Source of the DNA: Promethearchaeota archaeon
Lineage (GTDB): Archaea > Asgardarchaeota > Lokiarchaeia > Sigyniarchaeales > SOKP01
Length of the DNA stretch: 12,808 bases
NCBI GenBank assembly: GCA_019894975.1
Contig: JAGXNO010000072.1
Coordinates: forward strand, 1-12,808
Direction: 5' to 3'
Under the pieces are notes generated by a model, which made no database searches, had not been told where the DNA came from, and worked only from the letters and a program-made list of their open reading frames with translations. Positions within the stretch are counted from its first letter, which is position 1; each line of letters begins with the position of its first letter. A program made the position numbers and the translations under genes. Shown piece after piece: positions 1 through 7,817 of the stretch.

Positions 1-615
1 GGATTGGTAACAAATAGACTTGGTATTCAATCAATTCCAAGGGTACAATTTGGGCAAACTCTCTTTAATTCTGTAAAAATCCCCAAAGAGAATGTCCTTG
101 GGGGCATGGGTCAAGGTTATCAAAATCTGTTTTCAGGACTTGTGGCTGAGAGATGTTCTATCATCGGTTCTAGTTTAGGTATTGCATGGTTGACTGCGGT
201 CACCGGTCTGATTTATACTAACTTTAGAGTTCAATTTGGTCGACCTCTATACGATTTTCAGGGTGTTTCACTCCCACAAACCCAGAATTTTACTGAATTG
301 ATGGCTGCAACAGAGCTTGGATTCAAGTCTGCTTCAGAATACGCTAAAACAATCGAACGTAATCATTTTGGGGAGCAAAAATTCGTTAAATATAATGCTG
401 CATTTAGTTCAGGAACTAAATATTTAGCATCCCACCTTGCTCATAAAATATCTTATGAAACCCAACAATTATGTGGAGGTATTGCGTTTACAGATAACCT
501 CCGAATTGATAAAGCTTTGGAAGTTGCAAAGGTTCAGGAAATAATTGGGGGCGCTCGAAATATTCAGCTTTATTTGGTGAGTAGAGCTATTAAAGATATG
601 ATTTCTTTGTTATAA
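1..615 (+). CDS. Acyl-CoA dehydrogenase family protein, C-terminal part (5' end lies outside the window)
   Basis: The frame is open from base 1, so the TTG at 4 is unlikely to be the true start. ACAD motifs: 'FNSVKIPKENVLGGMGQG' (end of the middle domain), 'ER' on helix G, 'RVQFGRPLYDFQGV' (RxQFG FAD/dimer motif), 'QQLCGGIAF' (QxxGGxG) and 'AKVQEIIGGARNIQ'. Stop TAA at 613-615. Confidence 0.93.
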   Translation, partial: GLVTNRLGIQSIPRVQFGQTLFNSVKIPKENVLGGMGQGYQNLFSGLVAERCSIIGSSLGIAWLTAVTGLIYTNFRVQFGRPLYDFQGVSLPQTQNFTELMAATELGFKSASEYAKTIERNHFGEQKFVKYNAAFSSGTKYLASHLAHKISYETQQLCGGIAFTDNLRIDKALEVAKVQEIIGGARNIQLYLVSRAIKDMISLL

Positions 616-634
616 TTAAGTTATTGAAAACACT

Positions 635-657
635 TCTTTTTTCATATTAAAAAAAGA
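635..657 (+). terminator. Putative oligo-T terminator with a weak AT-rich hairpin
   Basis: TCTTTTTT (635-642) and AAAAAAGA (650-657) are perfect reverse complements around a 7-nt loop, about 20 nt after the ACAD stop. Confidence 0.4.
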
Positions 658-733
658 TCATCAATGTTTTTATGATGATAAGTTTTAAATAAAGGCTTGT
701 GATTTATAGTGCTTAACAAAAATAATCAAATCA

Positions 734-3367
734 ATGAAAAAAATGACAAAAATGAGAAATTTTAAAGGTTCTTTACTGTTTTTCTTGATGTTACTTATAC
801 CTTCAGTTTCCTATTTCTTTAGCCCACTTTCAGGTTTAAATAAAGAAAGTATAGTTATTAATCCCAAATCTTCAGATCATTGGGTTTTAGGCCCTCTTCA
901 CATAAATGATGCGGGAGGTGGTGATTATACATGGGCAGAAGCTGCAGCTCAAGCTTGGTGTAGTGGGAACGGTTCACTAATTAATCCATATACCATTGAA
1001 AATATCACTATAGATGCTGGGTGGAATGACAATGCCCTTCTAATTGAAAATTCAAACAACAAATTCTTCACAATTCGAAACTGTACATTGATGAATGCGG
1101 GTTCAACTTCTAATGCTGCGGGAATTAAACTATTGTCAACATCAAATGGAACTTTGGAAGATAACAAATGCCTAAACAACAATAAAGGTGGTATCTACAT
1201 TGAATCTAACAGTAATTACAATACGATTCAGAATAATTATATTTATAATAGTACGCATGCGGGAATTAGAGTGTATCAATCGAGTTATAACATAATTAGA
1301 AATAATAATATTACAGAAGGAGTTCCATCTTTTTCATCAGGTATTTATATAGATTGGGATAGCACTTTTAATGTAGCATTTAATAATACTATAACAACTC
1401 ATGATTATGGTATTGAAGTAACTTATTCCTCACATAATAATACAATTGTCAGTAATGACATTGGTAGTATCACATGGGACGGAATATCGGCACGTTCGGA
1501 TAGTAGTAATACTACTATAAAAATGAACAATGTCAATGGGACATTCGTAGGAATTCTATTAGACGGATCCACTAATGGTTCTCTGGTCTATGGAAATATA
1601 ATTACTAATGGTAGTGAGAACGGAGAGGATAGTGGAATTTATAACAGATGGGATAACGGAACTTTAGGTAATTACTGGGATGATTATGGAGGATCAGATC
1701 TAGATGATGATGGTATTGGAGATTTACCTTATGGAGTTTCAGGTTCAGCAGGTAGTCAAGATAATTTTCCAATATGGGATGATGGCCTTGAACCTATTTT
1801 TATTGACGGTACAGCTACAGGCGTTGGGGCTCATAATTGGACATGGGCTGAAAATCAACCATGGTGTACAGGTTTAGGCACCTCAATTAGTCCATATGTA
1901 ATTGAAGGTATAAGTAGAGACGGGAGAGGTGATGGTTTTTGTATCTCTGTCCAGAATTCTGAGGTGTTCTTTGAAGTGAGAAACTGTAATCTTTCCAATG
2001 CGGGATTTGTATTTGCTGATGCCGCAATCCTCTTAAATAATGTAGCTAATGCTACAATTATCGGTAATGATTTAACTGACAATAATTTCATAGGGGTACT
2101 CATGGATAACAGCGATAATAACTATATCACAAGTAATAATGCTAGTTTAACTGATTTAGGGATTCTCATGACTAATTCCGAATTTAATTACATATCAGGC
2201 AACACGATTAATGATAATATCGAAAATGCAATAAATATAGATGACAATAGTAATAATAATACTGTTTCTGGTAATACCGCTAATCATAATAATTTAGGAA
2301 TCTCAATTTTTAGTGATAGCGATAATAACACTGTAACTGATAATACAGTTATGAACAATAATATTGCGGGAATTTCAATTCTAAGTCAATGCGATGATAA
2401 TTATGTATTAAATAACGAAATTTCGGATAATAATGTAGGTGTATCAATTGCCACTAGCGATTGTCACTATAATACTATCTACAATAATACCTTCACTTTA
2501 AATACAAAAAATGGTGAAGATGATAGTGCTAACAACAATTGGAATTATGGAACATTAGGTAATTATTGGGATGATTACACGGGATTTGATACTGATGATG
2601 ACGGGATTGGAGACTTTCCCTATAATATATCTGGTTTAGCAGGATCTAAGGATTTTTATCCTATCTGGGATGACGGGGATGATATTAATCCTACAATATC
2701 GATTATATCACCCTCGGGGGGCACTCTATTCGGGACGGATGCGCCTACCTATAATTTAGATATATTTGACTTAAACTTAAACCAGTCATGGTATACTCTG
2801 AATAGTACAGCCACTCGTTATTTTTTCACCCCTGTAAATGGAATAAATCTCGTTTTTATTGATGAAACAGGATGGGATGTGTTTGCTGATGGAGCAATGG
2901 TGATGACTTTTAATGTAAATGACTCTGGAGGTAATCCTGCAAGTATCTCAAATGTAGTTATAAAGGATGTAACATTGCCTACTATAACACTAAATTCCCC
3001 GTTGGGGGGCACGATTTTTGAGGTTGATGCTCCAGAATTCAACTTAACTATCTATGACATAAACTTAAATAATGCTTGGTATACGATAGGTTCTTCTGGT
3101 ATCCCACACTCTTTTACGCCTAATGATGGTATAACAATTATCCCCATAGACCAAGGTAGCTGGGATGCACTTCCTGAAGGCAATGTGCCGATTAACTTTT
3201 TTGTGAATGATACGGCAGGTAATATTCGCACTATTCAAGTCATTGTTGATAAAGATATACCGGGAGGAAGTAAAGGAATTCCTTATGGGAATTTTTACCT
3301 TATTTTCCTTGGAATTGGAATAATTTCGGTTTTATTGGTAGAGTACAAGAAAAAGAGAAAAAGCTAA
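734..3367 (+). CDS. Cell-surface protein: signal peptide, two NosD/CASH-type right-handed parallel beta-helix modules, two Ig-like domains, Loki-CTERM-like anchor
   Basis: Basic then hydrophobic N-terminus. Many 'GIxxxxSxxNxIxxNxI' beta-helix rungs. Two 'GNYWDDYxGxDxDDDGIGDxPY' caps and two 'PTIxxxSP...VNDxxGN' Ig-like units. C-terminus IPYGNFYLIFLGIGIISVLLVEYKKKRKS. Alternative ATG starts at 743 and 752. Confidence 0.9.
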   Translation: MKKMTKMRNFKGSLLFFLMLLIPSVSYFFSPLSGLNKESIVINPKSSDHWVLGPLHINDAGGGDYTWAEAAAQAWCSGNGSLINPYTIENITIDAGWNDNALLIENSNNKFFTIRNCTLMNAGSTSNAAGIKLLSTSNGTLEDNKCLNNNKGGIYIESNSNYNTIQNNYIYNSTHAGIRVYQSSYNIIRNNNITEGVPSFSSGIYIDWDSTFNVAFNNTITTHDYGIEVTYSSHNNTIVSNDIGSITWDGISARSDSSNTTIKMNNVNGTFVGILLDGSTNGSLVYGNIITNGSENGEDSGIYNRWDNGTLGNYWDDYGGSDLDDDGIGDLPYGVSGSAGSQDNFPIWDDGLEPIFIDGTATGVGAHNWTWAENQPWCTGLGTSISPYVIEGISRDGRGDGFCISVQNSEVFFEVRNCNLSNAGFVFADAAILLNNVANATIIGNDLTDNNFIGVLMDNSDNNYITSNNASLTDLGILMTNSEFNYISGNTINDNIENAINIDDNSNNNTVSGNTANHNNLGISIFSDSDNNTVTDNTVMNNNIAGISILSQCDDNYVLNNEISDNNVGVSIATSDCHYNTIYNNTFTLNTKNGEDDSANNNWNYGTLGNYWDDYTGFDTDDDGIGDFPYNISGLAGSKDFYPIWDDGDDINPTISIISPSGGTLFGTDAPTYNLDIFDLNLNQSWYTLNSTATRYFFTPVNGINLVFIDETGWDVFADGAMVMTFNVNDSGGNPASISNVVIKDVTLPTITLNSPLGGTIFEVDAPEFNLTIYDINLNNAWYTIGSSGIPHSFTPNDGITIIPIDQGSWDALPEGNVPINFFVNDTAGNIRTIQVIVDKDIPGGSKGIPYGNFYLIFLGIGIISVLLVEYKKKRKS
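887..2677 (+). repeat. Intragenic tandem duplication of a beta-helix module of about 297-300 aa (887-1786 and 1787-2677)
   Basis: Both copies begin PxxI...W..A....WCxGxG....PYxIE and end GTLGNYWDDY...PIWDDG. The terminal 129-nt segments 1658-1786 and 2549-2677 align without gaps at an 891-nt offset. Confidence 0.9.
2678..3256 (+). repeat. Two tandem Ig-like repeats of about 96 aa
   Basis: PTISIISPSGGTLFGTDAPTYNLDIFDLNLNQSWYTL...VNDSGGN...KD versus PTITLNSPLGGTIFEVDAPEFNLTIYDINLNNAWYTI...VNDTAGN...KD. The offset is 288 nt. Confidence 0.85.
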
Positions 3368-3380
3368 ACTAAAAATCAAA

Positions 3381-3389
3381 TTTTTTTTT
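3381..3389 (+). terminator. Archaeal-type oligo-T terminator
   Basis: T9 run 13 nt after the stop of the 877-aa gene, in the gap between convergent genes. Confidence 0.55.
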
Positions 3390-3414
3390 ATTTATAATTA
3401 AGAGAATTAATATC

Positions 3415-3747
3415 CTAATTCTTAGGTGGTAAAGTTTCTACAAATTTTATTGCTTTAATTAACCAATCTTTTAATTCGTTATCGCTTGGAAATGCTTCTT
3501 TTTCCACCATAACCCAACCTTTCATAGCTCTTCCTGTCATATTGAAGAGTTCCATTTTTGGTGATTTAGTGGCAACATTAGCATTTATTACTCCTAATCT
3601 AAGTATATAATAGTCTTTATGGATACCTGCTACCATATTTCCATTTAAAAGGTAACCAGTACCCCCAAACATCTTTTTTTTTGTGATATTCTCCCAATGT
3701 GATAGTTGTTTATTCAATTTCATATCCATTTTTTCATTATAAACCAT
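3415..3747 (-). CDS. TfoX/Sxy N-terminal domain family protein (standalone)
   Basis: Family-typical motifs 'KKMFGGTGYLLNGNMVAGI...LRLG', 'F.MTGRAMKGWVMV' and 'LKDWL..A..FV..LPPK'. Confidence 0.88.
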   Translation of the reverse strand: MVYNEKMDMKLNKQLSHWENITKKKMFGGTGYLLNGNMVAGIHKDYYILRLGVINANVATKSPKMELFNMTGRAMKGWVMVEKEAFPSDNELKDWLIKAIKFVETLPPKN

Positions 3748-3870
3748 GGTTGATCGCTTCTACTTTAATAATATATTATGAGCTTTACTTTATTACTGTC
3801 CTAGATGTTAATAAAACTAATTCCGAACATGTTTCAAAAACCAAAGACAAAAAAAATATTGAAAATTTAT

Positions 3871-4272
3871 TTATTTTTTTAATAAGTCTTTTAGTGGATC
3901 CCAATAATAGGAATTCCATCCTTCTTTTACAGATTCATAAGCACCTTCAGGGACGTCAATATGTTCAAATTTTATCAAAGTTCCTTCATCGACAGATTCA
4001 AGAGTTAAAGAAATTGTAGAATAATATCCTTTTGGCCAATTTTCACCTTCACTTCGCCAGGTCTGAACAATTTTTTTATCTTGTATTAACTCAACATTTT
4101 TTCCATTAATAGCACCCTCAAAAACAGAGAAATTTCCTCCAATTTCTCGACTAATTTTTGTCTTACTTTCAGTAAATTTGGAATGGATCTTAGAATCCAT
4201 AAAAGCCTCATAAATCTCATGTGGTGTGGTTTTAATCATCAGCTCTTGTTTGATTACTTTTGATTTTTTCAT
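3871..4272 (-). CDS. SRPBCC/AHSA1 domain protein resembling the Aha1 C-terminal domain
   Basis: 'TPHEIYEAF', 'GGNFSVFEGAINGKNVEL..DKKIVQTWR', 'WPKGYYSTISLTL', 'H.DVP' and 'GWNSYYW' fit the START/Bet v1-like AHSA1 fold. Confidence 0.9.
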   Translation of the reverse strand: MKKSKVIKQELMIKTTPHEIYEAFMDSKIHSKFTESKTKISREIGGNFSVFEGAINGKNVELIQDKKIVQTWRSEGENWPKGYYSTISLTLESVDEGTLIKFEHIDVPEGAYESVKEGWNSYYWDPLKDLLKK

Positions 4273-4412
4273 CTCTTTAAGCTCATTTATTTGTCGTACT
4301 ACAAATAACTTCTTTCACATTTAAACGGTTTCATTATAAATTATGTTGATATTCTAACCCATATTTACCTACTGAAATAGCAAATAAATTTTGTCTACCA
4401 GCTTTAGATAAG

Positions 4413-4429
4413 AAAAAGAAAAAAAAAAA
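4413..4429 (-). terminator. Oligo-T terminator of the beta-propeller gene
   Basis: The minus strand reads T11-C-T5 starting 5 nt after the TAG stop at 4435-4437. Confidence 0.6.
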
Positions 4430-4434
4430 GAGAT

Positions 4435-5793
4435 CTACTTTTTTTTATATTTGACCTTAATTAGAACAATTATAGCAGCAGATATAATTCCAAGAGTTAT
4501 TATCAGATTAAATGCTGGTATCGAATTTGAACTTGGATTTTGAATATCGGCAGGTGACAATGTTGGATTTTTTATCATAACTAAATCGGCGCTATGTTCT
4601 AAATTAAAGCTATAGGAGTCACCTGCTACATAAATATCGTTTGTTGCTTTATTAATGGTAATAGCATGACCCGCTTCGACATTGCCTCCACCCCAGAGAG
4701 CTTCAGCAAGGAGGGTACCAGAACTGTCAAATTTACCGATATATATATTCTTTATACCCCATCCGTCAATTGTACCATCTCCAACATAATAAATGTTATC
4801 TTCTGAATCTACATCAACCCCTGATCCGTAGTCCATATTTTCTCTTCCCCAAATTCTACTCCATATCGTTTTTCCAGTGTTATCAAACTTGATGAGCACA
4901 AAATTAATGTTATAAATTCCAGGTCCTGCCATTAAATCATCGGGATAATATGTCCATCCAGCGACATAAATATTATTCATTGAATCGACAGCACAATCGT
5001 ATCCTCTATCTATAGTAGAAGTCCCCCACGTCGTATTCCAAATGAGACTTCCCGCGGCAGAATAATATAATACAAAGACGTCCGTCGAACCAGCACCGTA
5101 ACTATTAGTTTGGCCAGTCAATACAATATTTCCGGTTGAGGTTTCTTCAATACCGATTCCTGTATCAGTCCCGGTTCCACCCCAGTTCAAAGCAAATTGA
5201 AAATCACCACTGCTATTATATTTTAAATATAAAACATCTCTCCCATTTCCACCGTTATCACTATAACCTGAAATATGGACATTAAAACTAGAATCTACTA
5301 GGACATCCCCTCCACTATCAACACCGGAAGTCCCCCAGGTTCTATTCCACGCTAACAAACCATCTTTATCATACTTGGCGATAAAGCAATCACCATTAAT
5401 CAAATCGGATCCGAAACTACGTGTAGAACCTACTAAATATACATTATCTGCTAAATCTGTACATCCTCCATTTCCATTATCGTTGTTTACCTCTCCCCAG
5501 TGCCTTTCCCATAGAAGGCTACCACCAGTATCATATTTTAATAGGGTTGCATTATTATTCCCATTACCTAATCTTGTTGAACCAATTAAATAAGCACTAT
5601 TTTCAGAATCTACAGCACAGTCCCATCCTTGATCTGAATCCTCAGCACCATATGTGACATACCAGTCGAGTGTAGAGAGTTCAGTAATAGTATACCCGTA
5701 GGAGACTGTAGCGACAGAAAGAAATCCTACAAATATAAAGGCTGAAAACAACACTATAGTAAAAGTTTTGTTATAAGTATTCATTTTTATCAT
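4435..5793 (-). CDS. Surface beta-propeller protein (SBBP-like, 7 blades) with signal peptide and Loki-CTERM-like anchor
   Basis: Seven repeats of about 50-58 aa with pattern KY/FDxxGxxxWxxxWG...DxG....D...NxYxxG. N-terminal hydrophobic signal. C-terminus PSSNSIPAFNLIITLGIISAAIIVLIKVKYKKK. A purine-rich AAGGGG lies about 7 nt upstream of the ATG. Confidence 0.9.
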   Translation of the reverse strand: MIKMNTYNKTFTIVLFSAFIFVGFLSVATVSYGYTITELSTLDWYVTYGAEDSDQGWDCAVDSENSAYLIGSTRLGNGNNNATLLKYDTGGSLLWERHWGEVNNDNGNGGCTDLADNVYLVGSTRSFGSDLINGDCFIAKYDKDGLLAWNRTWGTSGVDSGGDVLVDSSFNVHISGYSDNGGNGRDVLYLKYNSSGDFQFALNWGGTGTDTGIGIEETSTGNIVLTGQTNSYGAGSTDVFVLYYSAAGSLIWNTTWGTSTIDRGYDCAVDSMNNIYVAGWTYYPDDLMAGPGIYNINFVLIKFDNTGKTIWSRIWGRENMDYGSGVDVDSEDNIYYVGDGTIDGWGIKNIYIGKFDSSGTLLAEALWGGGNVEAGHAITINKATNDIYVAGDSYSFNLEHSADLVMIKNPTLSPADIQNPSSNSIPAFNLIITLGIISAAIIVLIKVKYKKK

Positions 5794-5971
5794 CTAAATA
5801 CCCCTTAATAACTTAGTTAAAATTACGATTAAGAATGGTATATCCCTTAAAAATGAGTATTATTATTGAGACCTGTAAATTTCTTTCCATAGCAATTAGG
5901 GCATAATAAATTTTATAAACTATAACCTAGTCCTTTAAGATACTTTAAGAATATTAAGTTATTAGTGTCTG
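5794..5971. promoter_or_regulatory. Divergent promoter region between the propeller and M28 peptidase genes
   Basis: 178-nt gap between head-to-head ORFs. It contains a TATA-like TTTTATAAA (5911-5919) after a purine-rich stretch, and the repeated elements described in the findings. Exact start sites cannot be assigned. Confidence 0.45.
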
Positions 5972-7195
5972 ATGACAGAAAACGATGGAAGTATCGTGGA
6001 AAGCAATGATTTCATAAAACTAATGAATTCGTGGACTATTCCCAGATTAGCCGGTTCACCAGGTAGTTATAAAATTGTGGAATTGGTAAAAGAGGATTTT
6101 AAGACATTTGATTTTCAGTTTACGGAACAGACATTTTCAGTCTTTAAATCAGACACATCGTTTCGGCAACCTTGGAAATTTTTAGTAATGGCTATCTTAT
6201 TTTCAGGATTTCTATTATTATTTTGGTTTGCTTTTTGGTGGAGTCTTTTAGCTATTCTCTTCATTGGAATTTATGCCACCAGATTAAAGAAGTTTCCTCG
6301 TTGTTCTGAAATATGCTCAAAAAGGATAGAAAAAATATCGAATTCAGAAGAAAAAGTTGGCTTTAAACAATCAAATCTTATATACCGCAAAAAACCCAAA
6401 AAAGAAAGGAAATGTTCAATCTTGTTATTAGCTCATCATGACAGTAAGTCCCAAACATTTCCAACGATGATTAGAGTTTACACAGCGTTTACGCTAGTGA
6501 TTGTCTTTCTTATAATTGCGGTTCTTTACGTCTTTTGTGTTGTTCTTGAGATTTTTGGGATAACTCAACACCTATGGCTCCGCCCACTTACCTTTATTTT
6601 AGGGTGGGTTAACGTTGCTGTATTTTTAATCCTTTCAGCTAACAGAATTTCGAATAAATCACTAGGAGCTTTAGATGATGCTTCGGGAATTTATGTATTA
6701 TGGAAAACTGCAAAACTACTTGAAAATGTATCCTTAGAGAATTGTGAGGTTTGGTTAGTAATAACAGGAGCAGAGGAGATTGGTCAGATTGGAGCTGCCG
6801 ATTTTATTATTAAATTTAAAGCAGAATTAGATCCAAAGACAACCTTTGCGATCAATTTTGAAATGATTGGCCTGAAAAACAATCCATTGAGTGCAATAAA
6901 ATCCTATTCCTTCCCTTATAAACATCAAATTTCACCTTTTCTATTTCCACTAACTAAAAAGCTTTCTTATGAATTAGAGATAGATCTTAAGGGATGGTAT
7001 TTACCGATTGGTGCTCATACCGATGGACATTTATTCCGGAAGGAAGGATTTAAAGCTATTGATTTTGTAGTTAAAAAAGCAGGAAAATACACCCATCTAC
7101 CAAAAGATACCTTTGATCTAATAGATCCTAAATTGATTAATGATCAAGCAAGAGTGAATGTAGCTCTTATACAAGAATTGGATAAGATATTTTAA
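5972..7195 (+). CDS. Membrane-embedded M28 family Zn-metallopeptidase
   Basis: M28 motifs in order: 'PRLAGSPG', 'LLAHHDS', 'GALDDASG', 'GAEEIGQIGA', 'INFEMIG', 'HTDG', 'YTHLPKDT'. Two hydrophobic hairpin blocks, roughly aa 68-102 and 167-223. Confidence 0.9.
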   Translation: MTENDGSIVESNDFIKLMNSWTIPRLAGSPGSYKIVELVKEDFKTFDFQFTEQTFSVFKSDTSFRQPWKFLVMAILFSGFLLLFWFAFWWSLLAILFIGIYATRLKKFPRCSEICSKRIEKISNSEEKVGFKQSNLIYRKKPKKERKCSILLLAHHDSKSQTFPTMIRVYTAFTLVIVFLIIAVLYVFCVVLEIFGITQHLWLRPLTFILGWVNVAVFLILSANRISNKSLGALDDASGIYVLWKTAKLLENVSLENCEVWLVITGAEEIGQIGAADFIIKFKAELDPKTTFAINFEMIGLKNNPLSAIKSYSFPYKHQISPFLFPLTKKLSYELEIDLKGWYLPIGAHTDGHLFRKEGFKAIDFVVKKAGKYTHLPKDTFDLIDPKLINDQARVNVALIQELDKIF

Positions 7196-7250
7196 TTTTT
7201 TAATGATCAAATCGTAACTAATAATCAATAGGTAATTAGTAGAATTTACT

Positions 7251-7748
7251 ATGGAAAGAATTGTAATCTTTATGGATAATAGCAATATTTTTAAAGGTTT
7301 TCAGAAATATCATGTTCAAGCGGATTATGAAAAATTAAAAAATCTCATTACTCGTGGACGTAAATTGGAGAGCATATTCCTATATGAGGGTGTTGTTTAT
7401 CCTATGAGTCCTGAAAAGAGCAAGTGGTATAAGGAGTTAAAAAGTCGGAGTGGTTATATAATTAAAGCAAGTTTTGATAAAATGGTCGTAGGTGGAGCCA
7501 TTGAAAAGAAAGTTGATATCAATATAGCAATAGATATAATCTCTCTAGCGTATGAGAACGCATATGACACAGCAGTTTTGGTATCTGGGGATGGTGATTT
7601 TTTACCAGTGGTAAAAAAAGCAAAAAATTTAGATAAAAACATAGAAATTTGGGCATTCAGATATTCCCTAGCAAACGTTTTAAGAGAGGAACTTAAGCAA
7701 GAGGAAATATTTTTACTTGATGATATTTTGAGTAAAATTAAATTGTAA
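7251..7748 (+). CDS. NYN domain (LabA/DUF88, PIN-fold) putative ribonuclease
   Basis: 'IFMDNSNI', 'EKKVDINIAIDI' and 'AVLVSGDGDFLPVV' carry the conserved acidic active-site residues. C-terminal 'S..L.......LDD'. Confidence 0.93.
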   Translation: MERIVIFMDNSNIFKGFQKYHVQADYEKLKNLITRGRKLESIFLYEGVVYPMSPEKSKWYKELKSRSGYIIKASFDKMVVGGAIEKKVDINIAIDIISLAYENAYDTAVLVSGDGDFLPVVKKAKNLDKNIEIWAFRYSLANVLREELKQEEIFLLDDILSKIKL

Positions 7749-7817
7749 AAATTATAGGAATTAGTTATAGCTGATAAAATTTTAAAAATAAAATCTTTGT
7801 AGACTGACTTAAAGAAA

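Noticed and set aside
40-240. RVQFG occurs twice in the ACAD (40-54 and 226-240)
   Set aside because: Only five residues, with different codons and non-matching flanks. The second copy is the family motif and the first is probably coincidence.
949-3042. Antisense ORFs 949-1182, 1855-2103 and 2818-3042
   Set aside because: Short, wholly inside the well-supported 877-aa gene on the opposite strand, and without motifs.
734-3367. Calling the beta-helix gene nosD
   Set aside because: It shares only the fold. There is no nosZ/F/Y/L context, and the architecture is that of a surface protein.
3699-4019. 106-aa plus-strand ORF
   Set aside because: Overlaps both the TfoX_N and SRPBCC genes in antisense and has no recognisable features.
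4269-4286. Five-codon upstream ORF (MSLKR) whose TGA overlaps the SRPBCC start
   Set aside because: Too short to distinguish from chance.
5375-7642. Shadow ORFs 5375-5593 (+) and 7454-7642 (-)
   Set aside because: Antisense to the propeller and NYN genes, with no independent support.
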